NCBI GenBank assembly: GCA_039589275.1
Contig: JBDHHP010000005.1
Location: 4,269-36,268, forward strand
Reading direction: 5' to 3'
Source of the DNA: Gemmatimonadota bacterium
GTDB taxonomy: Bacteria; Gemmatimonadota; Gemmatimonadetes; Gemmatimonadales; GWC2-71-9
DNA length: 32,000 nucleotides
The notes below the pieces were generated by a model, which had not been told where the DNA came from, did not search any database, and was given only the letters and a program-made list of their open reading frames with translations. Within the stretch, counting starts at the first letter, position 1, and every line of letters begins with the position of its first letter. This document shows positions 23,826 to 32,000 of this stretch, piece after piece. Position numbers and translations under genes: made by a program.

Positions 23826-24739
23826 GCGTCAAGGCCCAGCTCCAGCTCCCTTTCCAACGCGCTCTGTTCCGCAGGACCCAAGCCTGCCAGCGGGATCGCT
23901 GCACGCGCCAGTATCCGATAGAGTTCTGCTTCCTGCACAGACATCGCAGCCAGGTGTTTTCGCAGTGTACCCCCATCGGCCCGCACTACCGGACCCGTCA
24001 GAGCGAACTCAGGGTCACTCGCGACCAAGTTCTGAACGGCGCCTGTCAACAGCGGTTTCAGTGCTTCCCACGCGGCTTCCCGCGAGAGACCTGCGCGCTC
24101 CATCAGTCCGCGCGCGACAGCCGCCAAAACCACCACGTAGTTGGATGCAAACACTGCCGCCGCATGGTAACAGGGCCGACCGTCCGACGGGATACTCAGG
24201 CAACTCAGACCCAAGGCTCCTGCCAGTTCACGCGCGATCGCTACGGCGCTATCGTCACCGTCTACGGCGGCCCACGCACCTGCGAGTTGAGCAGGCGCTG
24301 TGACGGGATCAGGCAGGGCTTGTAGAGGGTGAAGAGATCCGAGGGCACATCCGCTGCGCCGCAGCGGTTCCAGAGCACTCAAGTCCAGCAGGCCTGACAG
24401 ATGCAACACGGTCTGGCGGCTCTGCACCAAGCCGGAGTCCGCGAGCAATTGGGCCGTGTGCCGGATGTCTTGGTCCCCCACCGCGATCAGTATCACATCG
24501 ACCGTGGAGATCCAGGGTGGAGAGCCGCCACCCCACGTCACATCCAAGCTGTCGGGGAGCGCTCGCTCTTCCCTACCGTGCATTAGCACCGGGTATCCTG
24601 CACGGCACAACGCCGAACCCAGGCCGGCGCCCGCGCGGCCAGGGCCGATTATCCCCAGGCGCCTCAGGGACGGTGGCTCAGCCGCCACCTTGATGCGTCC
24701 CGTATGCCCGGGCGAAAAGGTCATCGGTAGTCTCGGCAC
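23819..24739 (-). CDS. Rossmann-fold NAD(P)-binding protein with DUF2520-type C-terminal domain; start uncertain
   Basis: LGIIGPGRAGAGLGSALCRAGYPV dinucleotide-binding fold, VILIAVGDQDI, GSLHPLQAL, YHAAAVFASNYVVVL and ALTGPVVRADGGTLRKHL match the Rossmann-like/DUF2520 family pattern. GTG 24688 is an alternative start that reduces the overlap with the S41 gene to 11 nt. Confidence 0.7.
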   Translation of the reverse strand: MPRLPMTFSPGHTGRIKVAAEPPSLRRLGIIGPGRAGAGLGSALCRAGYPVLMHGREERALPDSLDVTWGGGSPPWISTVDVILIAVGDQDIRHTAQLLADSGLVQSRQTVLHLSGLLDLSALEPLRRSGCALGSLHPLQALPDPVTAPAQLAGAWAAVDGDDSAVAIARELAGALGLSCLSIPSDGRPCYHAAAVFASNYVVVLAAVARGLMERAGLSREAAWEALKPLLTGAVQNLVASDPEFALTGPVVRADGGTLRKHLAAMSVQEAELYRILARAAIPLAGLGPAEQSALERELELGLDAQ

Positions 24740-26312
24740 CGTTGAGGAGGTCCAACGCCGCCTTCACCTGCATGTCGTCTCTCGTACGGCGCATTGCTTC
24801 CTGCTCGCGTCCGAATACATAGCGCGTGACTTCGTAACCTATCTGCCTATCGAGCAACCGAGCGGCTCCGCGCACTGTCGCATTCCGCAGCTCGATCCCC
24901 CGTTCGCGAAGCCTGGCAACAACTTGCGCACGCATGGGCGCGGTCACGACAAAGCCCGTGTCCGTCAACTCACCTGCTGCCTTGATCTCGAGCGCGTAAG
25001 TCGTGAGGACGTCTCGGTATTCCGGAATCCGCGAGCCCAGCGCCCTCGTGAACTCACGTTCACCGGCGCTCAGGGTATCGAGCCTGACCAGGATGTCGGG
25101 CCGAATGCCACCACCGCCGATAACGGGTCTGCCTGCATCCGTGCGGAACACCATGCTCGAATCGACAGCTGTGCTGTCACCGGAAAGATCTCGCAGTTCC
25201 TCTTCAAAGCCACCAACTATCCGGAGCGAGCCATCGACCTCCTGCATCGGTCGCTGAATGCTGCGTCCGCTTGGTGTGTACCAACGACCAGTCGTCAGCT
25301 GGAACGCCTGCGCTGGCCCCATCGGGAACACTGTCTGCACCAGGCCCTTCCCAAAGGTCGGCGTGCCCACTATCACGACACGGTCATGATCCTGCAGCGC
25401 ACCCGCGAGAATCTCCGCTGCGCTGGCAGTACCGCCATTCACGAGAACGACGATCGGAAGGCCGGACCATTCCTCTTGTCGCCGAGTACTGTAGCTCTTG
25501 GTGGCAGAAGCTGTCCGTCCGCGGGTATCAACGATTAGAAGATCCTCTCCCAGGAACAGGTCGACGAGTTTCACTCCCTCGTCCAAGATACCGCCGGGCG
25601 TATCACGCACGTCGAGAATGAGCGCGTTAGCACCCTGCTCGCGCAACGCATCAACTCCCTCAGTGACCTCCTGCACAACCGTTTCGCCAATCGTGGCGTA
25701 GGCGAGCGACATGTAACCGACATCAGGATTCAGCATCAATGTTGCTCTCACAGATCCGACCTGCACTGTCGCGCGCGTGAGTGTGAACTCGAAGGCCTCC
25801 GGCACTCCCGGGCGCATCACCTTGAAGGTGACCTCTGTGCCCGACTCACCGCGCAACTCCGCCACCGCCTTCTCGTTCTTCCAGCCGAATGTTGACTCGC
25901 CCTCTACCTCGACAATCCGATCACCCGACTCGACTCCTGCCGCCTCTGCCGGAGTGTCGGCGATCGGTGCGATCACGGTGATCCAGCCATCCCTCACGTC
26001 TATTTGTATACCCAACCCACTGTAGGTACCGCTGGTGCGTTCTCGCAGTGCGCCAAACTCCTCCGGGCCGAGGTAGCTCGCATACGGGTCTTCCAGCTGA
26101 CCCAGTAGTCCGTCGATGGCCATCTCGTAGAGTTGGCCCTCGCCTAGGCTGTCAATCGAGTACTCTGCGATGTGTGCCACGACGTCAGCGAACAAGCTCG
26201 CACTCTCGTACAAGCCGCCTGCCCGCGAAGTGCCGCGCTGCAGCAGCCAGCCGCCCGACAGGAACGCAACGAAACCGACGAGCGCGACCACTAAGACACG
26301 CTGACCCCTCAT
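24678..26312 (-). CDS. S41-family carboxyl-terminal processing peptidase with PDZ domain
   Basis: N-terminal membrane anchor. PDZ domain (GLGIQIDVRDGWITVIAPIADTPAEAAGVESGDRIVEV). S41 catalytic core (LILDVRDTPGG, LVNGGTASAAEILAGALQD, GTPTFGKGLVQ). A GGAGG SD lies 6 nt upstream of the ATG. Confidence 0.9.
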   Translation of the reverse strand: MRGQRVLVVALVGFVAFLSGGWLLQRGTSRAGGLYESASLFADVVAHIAEYSIDSLGEGQLYEMAIDGLLGQLEDPYASYLGPEEFGALRERTSGTYSGLGIQIDVRDGWITVIAPIADTPAEAAGVESGDRIVEVEGESTFGWKNEKAVAELRGESGTEVTFKVMRPGVPEAFEFTLTRATVQVGSVRATLMLNPDVGYMSLAYATIGETVVQEVTEGVDALREQGANALILDVRDTPGGILDEGVKLVDLFLGEDLLIVDTRGRTASATKSYSTRRQEEWSGLPIVVLVNGGTASAAEILAGALQDHDRVVIVGTPTFGKGLVQTVFPMGPAQAFQLTTGRWYTPSGRSIQRPMQEVDGSLRIVGGFEEELRDLSGDSTAVDSSMVFRTDAGRPVIGGGGIRPDILVRLDTLSAGEREFTRALGSRIPEYRDVLTTYALEIKAAGELTDTGFVVTAPMRAQVVARLRERGIELRNATVRGAARLLDRQIGYEVTRYVFGREQEAMRRTRDDMQVKAALDLLNGAETTDDLFARAYGTHQGGG

Positions 26313-26342
26313 GAATAACCTCCGGTGAAACTGACTGAGATT

Positions 26343-26984
26343 TCAGGTTGAACCCGCTGCGGCATCGCGGGTTCCGCCCAGCGCACGGTGGAGCAGACTC
26401 CAAGCGGCGTCCGCCACGGCGTCGGCCGACTGCGTCGCGTCCACATGTACTATCCCCGATCCCGCTGCGGCGTCAAAAGCGCGGGCTATGCGTTGTTGCA
26501 CCGCAAGGTCCGCGCGTTCGATGCGATCCCGCTTCTTGCCTTGAGTGTCTTGACGCTGCCGCACGAGATCTTGGGTGGCATCCAACACGATGGTCAGATC
26601 GGGAGTGAGGCCTCCGGTGGCCAAGCGATTCGCTGTCTCTACCGCCTCCTGATCGAGTCCGCGGCCCGCTATCTGATAGGCCCTGGTGGACATATCGTAA
26701 CGGTCGGCCACCACAACCGTACCCGAGGTCAACGCTGGCCTTATCACTCTGGATACGAGGTCGGCACGAGCTGCCAAGATCAGGAACAGCTCAGACTCGG
26801 GGCAGGCTTCGAGCGAAGGGTCCAGCACCAGGCTGCGGGCCGCTTCTGCCACAGGCGTACCACCTGGTTCTCGCACCTCCAACACGTCGAACCCGTCCCG
26901 ACGTAGTCGCTGGGCGAGCCGCTTCGCCAAGGTGGTCTTTCCTACTCCGTCCACACCCTCTACAACAAGGAAGAAACCCTCCAT
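26343..26984 (-). CDS. tmk: dTMP (thymidylate) kinase
   Basis: FLVVEGVDGVGKTT P-loop, REPGGTP and DRY motifs. Size is 213 aa. Confidence 0.92.
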   Translation of the reverse strand: MEGFFLVVEGVDGVGKTTLAKRLAQRLRRDGFDVLEVREPGGTPVAEAARSLVLDPSLEACPESELFLILAARADLVSRVIRPALTSGTVVVADRYDMSTRAYQIAGRGLDQEAVETANRLATGGLTPDLTIVLDATQDLVRQRQDTQGKKRDRIERADLAVQQRIARAFDAAAGSGIVHVDATQSADAVADAAWSLLHRALGGTRDAAAGST

Positions 26985-26993
26985 GGGAGTGAA

Positions 26994-27347
26994 TCAACCC
27001 GGTATGATAATCGGGCTCTCGGCTCCCAGCTTGATACCGTCCATGATCTCCTCATTCACCCTGATCATGATCTTCTCGAAATTCGAATTGGCAGCAACGA
27101 ACTGCTGATACTTGGGATGAGCCTGAATACTGGACATCAACGCTTCATATTCGTCAGTGAGTTCCTTGGGAGGCTCGGTCTTTCCTTTCAAGTGCTCCTC
27201 GAGCCGTTGCGACAGCATTTCTAGGCGCTGCATTTGCGCACGCACTTCGCTCGCCTGATCCAGGTCCTCTCTCGCGCGTTTGATGGCTTTGTACTCGTCT
27301 GTCTGCCCCAACAAGCGGCCCAGCTCTTTGGCCTTCTCTTCGATCAC
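26994..27347 (-). CDS. YlbF/YmcA-family (UPF0342-like) helical protein
   Basis: 117 aa, all-helical, K/E-rich. It fits the YlbF/YmcA pattern (A.ELG..L.Q..EY...K.A...L..D.E......................Y..L...I...P.....F..A...F..........I). Its GTG start overlaps the prmC stop (GTGA). It looks visibly lower in GC than its neighbours. Confidence 0.55.
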   Translation of the reverse strand: MIEEKAKELGRLLGQTDEYKAIKRAREDLDQASEVRAQMQRLEMLSQRLEEHLKGKTEPPKELTDEYEALMSSIQAHPKYQQFVAANSNFEKIMIRVNEEIMDGIKLGAESPIIIPG

Positions 27348-28222
27348 TTACGACTCCTTGTTGCTAGAAGAAAACGGGGATATCCGAAGAGATCATCCTC
27401 GATACGGGCGTCTCCCCAGCCGGCATCCAACGCCATCCCGAGCGCCCGTTGTGCTCGGGAGCAATCTACTTCAATTGCCAACAGACCGCCGGGCGTGAGT
27501 GACTTCACCGCACCTTCGATGACGCATTGTGTGTGTTTCATACCGTCTGACCCGCTGACCAGCGCGTTCTTGGGTTCGTGGTCCTTGACGCAGTGATCCA
27601 GCTCTACGTATTCCGCCTCGGTCACGTACGGCGGGTTTGACACCACGACGTCCACCGCCATTTCCCCAACAGGTTCCAGTGTCCGGCCATGGCGGAACTC
27701 GACTGGCGTGGGTGGCTCGACGCGCTCGAAGTTCTCTCGCGCGACTTCGAGCGCATCCGGCGATGCGTCAGTGGCGATTACGCGATCGAACTCGCATTCG
27801 ACCGCCAGGCTCAGTGCGATGCATCCGCTCCCTGTGCCAACATCTACTGCGGTACCCCAGTGGTGCCTCCCAAGGTCTGGGCGAGCATGCCCCCACGCGA
27901 GCACGTGTTCGACTAGGCCTTCGGTCTCTGGGCGCGGTATCAGAACCCTGGGGTCCACCCGGATGTCCAAATAGCGAAAGCCCGCCACGCCCAATACGTA
28001 GGCGAGCGGCTCTCCGGTGGCCCGCCGCTGCACCGCTTCCCTGAATCGTCTAACGTCAGCGCCCGAGGCCTGGTCGTTCCGGGCGAACCACATTTGTAGT
28101 TGAGACAGGTCGGTCACGCCAGCCCAGAGGTTAAGGGCCTCGCGCTTTGCATCTCTGATGTTCGCCCGCTCGAGGACCTCGCTCGCCTCGACCACCTCCC
28201 GCACGATCGAGGATTCCGTCAT
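27344..28222 (-). CDS. prmC: Release-factor glutamine N5-methyltransferase PrmC/HemK (start re-assigned to ATG 28222)
   Basis: GEPLAYVLG...F....I.V...VLIPRPETE, the SAM motif VDVGTGSGCIALSLA, and the catalytic NPPY (VVSNPPYV). ATG 28222 lies 1 nt after the prfA TGA (28226..28224). The longer ORF-track form would run through the 3' end of prfA. Confidence 0.88.
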   Translation of the reverse strand: MTESSIVREVVEASEVLERANIRDAKREALNLWAGVTDLSQLQMWFARNDQASGADVRRFREAVQRRATGEPLAYVLGVAGFRYLDIRVDPRVLIPRPETEGLVEHVLAWGHARPDLGRHHWGTAVDVGTGSGCIALSLAVECEFDRVIATDASPDALEVARENFERVEPPTPVEFRHGRTLEPVGEMAVDVVVSNPPYVTEAEYVELDHCVKDHEPKNALVSGSDGMKHTQCVIEGAVKSLTPGGLLAIEVDCSRAQRALGMALDAGWGDARIEDDLFGYPRFLLATRSRK

Positions 28223-28223
28223 G

Positions 28224-29282
28224 TCAGGCCTCGGCTTGCTCGCCTTGATATGCCAGCTTGAGAGCGTCCACGACCTCGTCCAAGTCCCCATCCAGAATCT
28301 CGTCGAGGCGATGAACGGTGAGGTTGATACGGTGGTCTGTAACGCGGCTTTGGGGGAAGTTGTAGGTTCTGATCTTGGCAGACCGATCGCCGGTTCCAAC
28401 CATGGCGCGCCGCTCCCGAGAGCGCTCGGATTCCTGCTCCGCGACCATGCGGTCCAGTAGGCGGGCCCTGAGTACTGCTATCGCCTTGACCTTGTTCTGC
28501 AACTGTGACTTCTGGTCCTGACACTGCACCACCAGTCCAGTGGGCAGGTGCGTTATCCGCACCGCACTGTCGGTGGTATTGACACTCTGACCGCCCGGTC
28601 CCGAAGAGCGGAACACGTCGATCTTCAGTTCTTTCTCGTCGATCGCAACATCGACATCTTCGGCTTCTGGTAGCACCGCGACCGTGGCCGCTGAAGTGTG
28701 GATGCGTCCCTGGGCCTCAGTGGCCGGTACTCGCTGCACCCTGTGCACTCCCGATTCGTGCCGCAGCCTCCCGTACGCGTCTTCGCCGCGAGCGGCAAAA
28801 ACCACTTCCTTCAGTCCGCCAAGATTCCCTTCGGACAGCGAGAGGGTCTCCACCTCCCAGCCGCGCCGTTCAGCATAGCGGGAGAACATGCGGAACAGGT
28901 CAGCGGCAAACAGAGCTGCCTCGTCACCGCCGGTGCCGGCGCGGATCTCCACGATGGTATCCCTGCCGTCAAGGGGATCGGGCGGCACCAGAAGATCGTG
29001 GAGCTCGGCTTCGGTGGCGGCAAGCGCAGGTTCCAGCTGTTCGATGTCGGCGCGGGCCAAGTCTGCCAGATCCTGATCTCTGTCCTGCAATAATTCTCGA
29101 GCCTGCCCGAGCTCGTTGCCAAGACGTTGGAACTCAGAGGCCACACGCCGGATACGATCTAGGCGAACGTGTTCCCTTCCGAGCGCCTTCAGCTTCTTCG
29201 GATCTTGTGCTGTTGCTGGATCGGCCAGCTCCCGTTCGATGTCTGCCGCGCGATCAAGCGCGGCCTTGAGCCGCGCTTGCAC
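28224..29282 (-). CDS. prfA: Peptide chain release factor 1
   Basis: RF1-specific PAT tripeptide ([16 protein letters not shown]) and the GGQ motif ([24 protein letters not shown]). Size is 352 aa. Confidence 0.95.
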   Translation of the reverse strand: MQARLKAALDRAADIERELADPATAQDPKKLKALGREHVRLDRIRRVASEFQRLGNELGQARELLQDRDQDLADLARADIEQLEPALAATEAELHDLLVPPDPLDGRDTIVEIRAGTGGDEAALFAADLFRMFSRYAERRGWEVETLSLSEGNLGGLKEVVFAARGEDAYGRLRHESGVHRVQRVPATEAQGRIHTSAATVAVLPEAEDVDVAIDEKELKIDVFRSSGPGGQSVNTTDSAVRITHLPTGLVVQCQDQKSQLQNKVKAIAVLRARLLDRMVAEQESERSRERRAMVGTGDRSAKIRTYNFPQSRVTDHRINLTVHRLDEILDGDLDEVVDALKLAYQGEQAEA

Positions 29283-29285
29283 AGC

Positions 29286-29504
29286 TCACTCTCCGGAGCC
29301 TTCGGCCTTTTTGGCGTAGCGCTGCCGGAACCGCTCGACGCGGCCGGCAGTGTCGACGAGTTTCTGCTTGCCAGTGAAGAAGGGGTGGCAATGTGCGCAG
29401 ATTTCGACGTGAATCTCTGGCAGCGTAGAGCGGGTCTCAAACGTGTTGCCGCACGCGCATTGCACAACAGCACGTTGGTATTGGGGATGAATTCCAGCTT
29501 TCAA
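29286..29504 (-). CDS. rpmE: 50S ribosomal protein L31, zinc-binding type (start re-assigned to TTG 29504)
   Basis: (M)[19 protein letters not shown]...[12 protein letters not shown] is the canonical L31 sequence. A GGAG lies 6 nt upstream of the TTG. The longer ORF-track N-terminus is not conserved-looking. Confidence 0.9.
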   Translation of the reverse strand: MKAGIHPQYQRAVVQCACGNTFETRSTLPEIHVEICAHCHPFFTGKQKLVDTAGRVERFRQRYAKKAEGSGE

Positions 29505-29599
29505 CTTCGTCTCCGATACTCTAAGATCCGCGTTTTTCCGAGCCGTGAAATATAACCGGCGGCGGAACTCGCGGGCAAGCTGTGGCGGCCAGATTTCGA

Positions 29600-29628
29600 T
29601 TGACACGAAGCCCGGTGCCAGCTAACGT
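29600..29628 (+). promoter_or_regulatory. Candidate sigma70-like promoter for the Crp/Fnr gene
   Basis: TTGACA (29600..29605), a 17-nt spacer, then TAACGT (29623..29628), lying 20 nt upstream of ATG 29648. The -10 element is a weak match. Promoter consensus in this lineage is unknown. Confidence 0.3.
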
Positions 29629-29647
29629 AGCCGGGTCCTCCAACTCC

Positions 29648-30334
29648 ATGGGAACCAAGCACATGGCGCTAACCGACAGGCTTCAGCAGGTACCGCTCTT
29701 TGCACACCTGAGTGAAGAAGAGGTGAACGCCATCGCCGAGGTTACGAGAGAGAAGCTCTATCCACGCGGCAGCGTGATCGTGTTTGAGGATGACCCGGGC
29801 GACGCCATGTACGTGGTCGCTTCCGGTCAAGTGAAGGTGGTATTGACTGGAGATGACGGCCGTGAGGTCATTTTGTCTGTCCTGGGTGACGGCGACTTCT
29901 TCGGCGAAATGGCGTTGATTGACGATCTACCCCGGTCGGCTCACGTGATTGCCATGGAGGACTCTCGGCTCATTGTCTTGTACCGCGACGATTTCCACCG
30001 CTGCCTGGAACGGGCCCCACGAGTTTCCCTGGGACTCCTGCGCGCCCTGTCGCGGCGGCTGAGAAGGGCAGACGACAAGATCGGCGGGCTGGTGCTGCTC
30101 GACGTGCCTGGTCGTATTGCCCGTTTGCTCATCGAACTGGCGGATCAAGGCGACGGCAGCAAGATAAGTCGCAGCATCACTCACCATACAATTGCTCAGA
30201 TGGTAGGTTCGAGCCGGGAAACGGTGTCACGCACGATTCGCGACCTGACCAATCGTGGCCTCGTAGTGGTAACGCGCAAGACGATCGAAATCAGCGACCG
30301 ACCCGGCCTCGAGAGTGCTGCCGGTCTCCGGTGA
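29648..30334 (+). CDS. Crp/Fnr-family cyclic-nucleotide-binding transcriptional regulator
   Basis: cNMP-binding domain (VPLFAHLSEEE, GDAMYVVASGQVKV, FFGEMALIDDLPRSAHVIAMEDSRLIVL) and a C-terminal HTH (TIAQMVGSSRETVSRTIRDLTNRGLV). The start is ATG 29648 or ATG 29663. The ORF-track start at 29582 lies upstream of the candidate promoter. Confidence 0.85.
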   Translation: MGTKHMALTDRLQQVPLFAHLSEEEVNAIAEVTREKLYPRGSVIVFEDDPGDAMYVVASGQVKVVLTGDDGREVILSVLGDGDFFGEMALIDDLPRSAHVIAMEDSRLIVLYRDDFHRCLERAPRVSLGLLRALSRRLRRADDKIGGLVLLDVPGRIARLLIELADQGDGSKISRSITHHTIAQMVGSSRETVSRTIRDLTNRGLVVVTRKTIEISDRPGLESAAGLR

Positions 30335-30423
30335 GAGTCATCACGTGAGGGGAGTGACGGCGTTCCTTGCGAGCTGTCCTGCATCGCGCGTAGCTTGGAT
30401 GATATCGTGACTGGTGTGACCGA

Positions 30424-31299
30424 ATGACGTACCGAGTGACATTCTGGGGAACGAGGGGATCCATCCCGACCCCCGGGGCACGCACTGTCCGGTACGGCGG
30501 CAACACTCCATGCGTCTCCCTCGAGCATCTCGACAGAGACGCAAAAGCGATCCTGATCCTGGATTCCGGTACCGGAATCAGACCGCTGGGCAACACGCTG
30601 GTAGAGCGCTCCGGCCAGATGGTGGAAGTCGATCTCCTGGTGAGTCACACCCACTGGGACCACATTCAGGGACTGCCGTTCTTCACTCCACTGTTCGACG
30701 GCAGCAACGCGGTCCGGATTTGGGGACCAAAACAGGGCAAGGTGGATCTCGAGGAGATCCTGCGGAACCAGATGCATCCTGTGGTGTTCCCGGTGCCTCT
30801 GGATGGGCTTGCAGCGCAATTGAGCGTATCCCACATAGACTCGCAAGTCGTTGAATTGTCTGGGTTTACCGTCGATTCAATGCGGGTTCGGCACCCCGGC
30901 CAGACGCTGGGGTATCGTCTAACACCGATCGGAGGAGGAACGTCGCTCGGTTACGTGACGGACAACGAATTGGGGCCGGGCGGTGAATACGAAGTTGGCC
31001 CCTCATGGAGGGCCGAGTTCGTACGGTTCTTGCATGGTGTAGACGTGTTGATTCACGACGCGATGTACACACCGGCCGAGATTGGCCAGCACCGCGGGTG
31101 GGGCCACTCTTCGTACGAGGAGGCAGTGGACCTCGCGGCGGAAGCCGAGGTGGGGCAGCTGGTGTTGTTCCACCACCGGCCGGAACACGACGACGCTGCA
31201 ATGGATGCACTGGTCGAGGCAGCTAGGAAGATGGCTGACCGAACAGCGCGTTCGTTGGATGTCGTTGCCGCGAGGGAAGATACGCAACTGACACTTTGA
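30424..31299 (+). CDS. MBL-fold metallo-hydrolase (Lactamase_B_2/PhnP-like family)
   Basis: VTFWGTRGSIP, YGGNTPCV, LILDSGTG, the metal-binding motif VSHTHWDHIQGLPFF, and later DAMY and GHSS...LVLFHH ligand motifs. Confidence 0.8.
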   Translation: MTYRVTFWGTRGSIPTPGARTVRYGGNTPCVSLEHLDRDAKAILILDSGTGIRPLGNTLVERSGQMVEVDLLVSHTHWDHIQGLPFFTPLFDGSNAVRIWGPKQGKVDLEEILRNQMHPVVFPVPLDGLAAQLSVSHIDSQVVELSGFTVDSMRVRHPGQTLGYRLTPIGGGTSLGYVTDNELGPGGEYEVGPSWRAEFVRFLHGVDVLIHDAMYTPAEIGQHRGWGHSSYEEAVDLAAEAEVGQLVLFHHRPEHDDAAMDALVEAARKMADRTARSLDVVAAREDTQLTL

Positions 31300-31313
31300 G
31301 GGAGGATAGACCT

Positions 31314-32000
31314 ATGCGGTGGCGTTCAATGGCAGCCCTGATGCTTGTCGCAGGGGTAGCGGCGACGCATGCCGCTGCGGCACAGGACACCCGTGCCGCA
31401 ATCGGAGTCATGCCGTTTGACAACGGTGGTTCTTACGGCCTCGAGAGCGAGGACTTCGCGGCGTTCGAAATTGGCCTGCAACAGATGTTGATCACTGAAC
31501 TCGCGGTCAACGCCGAACTGCGATTAGTCGAACGGAGTCGTCTCAAGGGCCTCATGGAAGAGCAGGACATCGGAGCATCCGGTCGGGTCGACGCCAACAC
31601 GGCGGCCAGGATCGGGCAGTTGATCGGCGCCAGGTACATGATCCTCGGCGGATTCATAGACTGGTATGCCGACTTCCGGATCGACGCGCGGATAGTTGAC
31701 GTGGAGACCGGTGAGATCGTGAAGACCCAGCGCGCGAGAGACGACCGCGCGAACATGTACGACATCGTGGTCGATCTCGCCAACAGTATCACGCGTGGCT
31801 TGAATCTCCCACCGCTCTCCGGCCAGGCACTGAATCAGCGCCGCGAGCGCGGCGTTCCGGAGGAAGCGGTCCGACTCTATACCAAGGGGCTGTTGTATCA
31901 GGATCGGGGAGACACGGATCGAGCTGCTGATCTATTCAGTCAGGCGGCCACGGTCTTTCCCGCATATACCGAAGCACAAGAGGCCCTCCGCCAAATCAGG
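31314..32000 (+). CDS. Secreted CsgG/LpoB-fold-like domain protein with C-terminal TPR-like region (3' end outside window)
   Basis: This CDS is absent from the ORF track because it has no stop within the window. My own translation from ATG 31314 is open to nt 32000, with a GAGGGAGGA SD at 31298..31306. Signal peptide MRWRSMAALMLVAGVAATHAAAAQ. The pattern IGVMPFDN......F..GL..ML.TEL.....L.LVERSRL..LMEEQD...SGRVD..TAARIG.L.GARYMILG is typical of CsgG/FlgO/LpoB-like domains. TPR-like helices then follow (AVRLYTKGLLYQDRGDTDRAADLFSQA). Confidence 0.6.
   Translation, partial: MRWRSMAALMLVAGVAATHAAAAQDTRAAIGVMPFDNGGSYGLESEDFAAFEIGLQQMLITELAVNAELRLVERSRLKGLMEEQDIGASGRVDANTAARIGQLIGARYMILGGFIDWYADFRIDARIVDVETGEIVKTQRARDDRANMYDIVVDLANSITRGLNLPPLSGQALNQRRERGVPEEAVRLYTKGLLYQDRGDTDRAADLFSQAATVFPAYTEAQEALRQIR

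Noticed and set aside
24456-25538. 360-aa + strand ORF
   Set aside because: It lies antisense to the S41 peptidase CDS, which has clear PDZ and Ser/Lys catalytic motifs. The + strand product is R/P/S/A-rich low-complexity sequence, typical of open antisense frames in GC-rich DNA.
28223-28399. Long N-terminal extension of prmC (ORF-track start at 28399)
   Set aside because: The extension overlaps 176 nt of the prfA 3' end and encodes non-conserved W/T/S-rich sequence. ATG 28222, 1 nt after the prfA stop, gives a normal HemK N-terminus.
29505-29606. Long N-terminal extension of rpmE (ORF-track start at 29606)
   Set aside because: Canonical L31 begins MK.GIHP. TTG 29504 with GGAG upstream reproduces that. 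The extension has no L31 counterpart.
30341-30348. TCACGTGA palindrome (and nearby GTGAC...TGTGAC) as a Crp/Fnr operator downstream of the crp-like gene
   Set aside because: It is only an 8-bp palindrome with no flanking symmetry, and many such palindromes are expected by chance in 32 kb. It does not match the TGTGA-N6-TCACA or TTGAT-N4-ATCAA spacing.
30196-30846. 216-aa minus-strand ORF spanning the crp 3' end and the MBL 5' end
   Set aside because: It crosses an intergenic region and is antisense to two well-supported CDSs. It has no recognisable motifs.
31433-31792. 119-aa minus-strand ORF
   Set aside because: It is antisense to the + strand frame that is open from ATG 31314 to the window end. 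That + strand frame has an SD, a signal peptide and CsgG-like motifs.
1-32000. Searched for defence islands, prophage or IS remnants, integrases, toxin-antitoxin pairs, restriction-modification genes, tRNA/rRNA/tmRNA and abrupt composition shifts
   Set aside because: None was found. Every sizeable ORF is accounted for by housekeeping or envelope functions. The only compositionally distinct stretches are the ribosomal-protein genes and the YlbF-like gene, which is explained by their amino-acid content.

Overview
This is a visibly GC-rich bacterial chromosomal window, almost fully coding, and dominated by housekeeping genes. I found no integrase, transposase, CRISPR array, tRNA or rRNA gene, toxin-antitoxin pair, restriction-modification genes or recognisable defence island. 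I therefore do not claim a clear new system, only the candidates listed under findings.

Gene order:
- A SusC/SusD-like outer-membrane pair; SusC is cut by the 5' window edge.
- A 380-nt intergenic region with two hairpins and a heptanucleotide microsatellite.
- A plug-only CarboxypepD_reg protein followed by a putative small beta-barrel protein.
- prs, ctc (L25), pth and ychF.
- A roughly 14-kb same-strand string with almost no spacers: rpsF, rpsR, a membrane protein, rplI, a DAK2-DegV fusion, rsfS, a SPOR lipoprotein, a pseudo-ATPase/SPOR membrane protein, smc, an S8 peptidase, an MBL hydrolase and a LolA-like protein.
- A convergent minus-strand string: rpmE, prfA, prmC, a YlbF-like protein, tmk, an S41 peptidase and a DUF2520 protein.
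- A Crp/Fnr regulator, a second MBL hydrolase, and a CsgG-like/TPR protein that runs off the 3' edge.

The protein styles (SusC/SusD, plug-only CarboxypepD_reg, FlgD-Ig/T9SS-like C-terminal domain, many SPOR domains) suggest a Gemmatimonadota or FCB-group-like organism. This is inference only.

Most notable observations:
1. Two SPOR-domain envelope proteins are translationally coupled to smc. One carries a BY-kinase/MinD-like cytoplasmic domain with no Walker A motif.
2. A single polypeptide joins FakA-type DAK2 and middle domains to a genuine DegV (FakB-like) domain.
3. pth has no canonical start codon and lies in frame two codons after the TAG stop of L25.
4. An intergenic (GCTGTCC)n tract.

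Several ORF-track starts needed correction: pth, prmC, rpmE and crp, plus the SusC and CsgG-like CDSs that are cut by the window edges.
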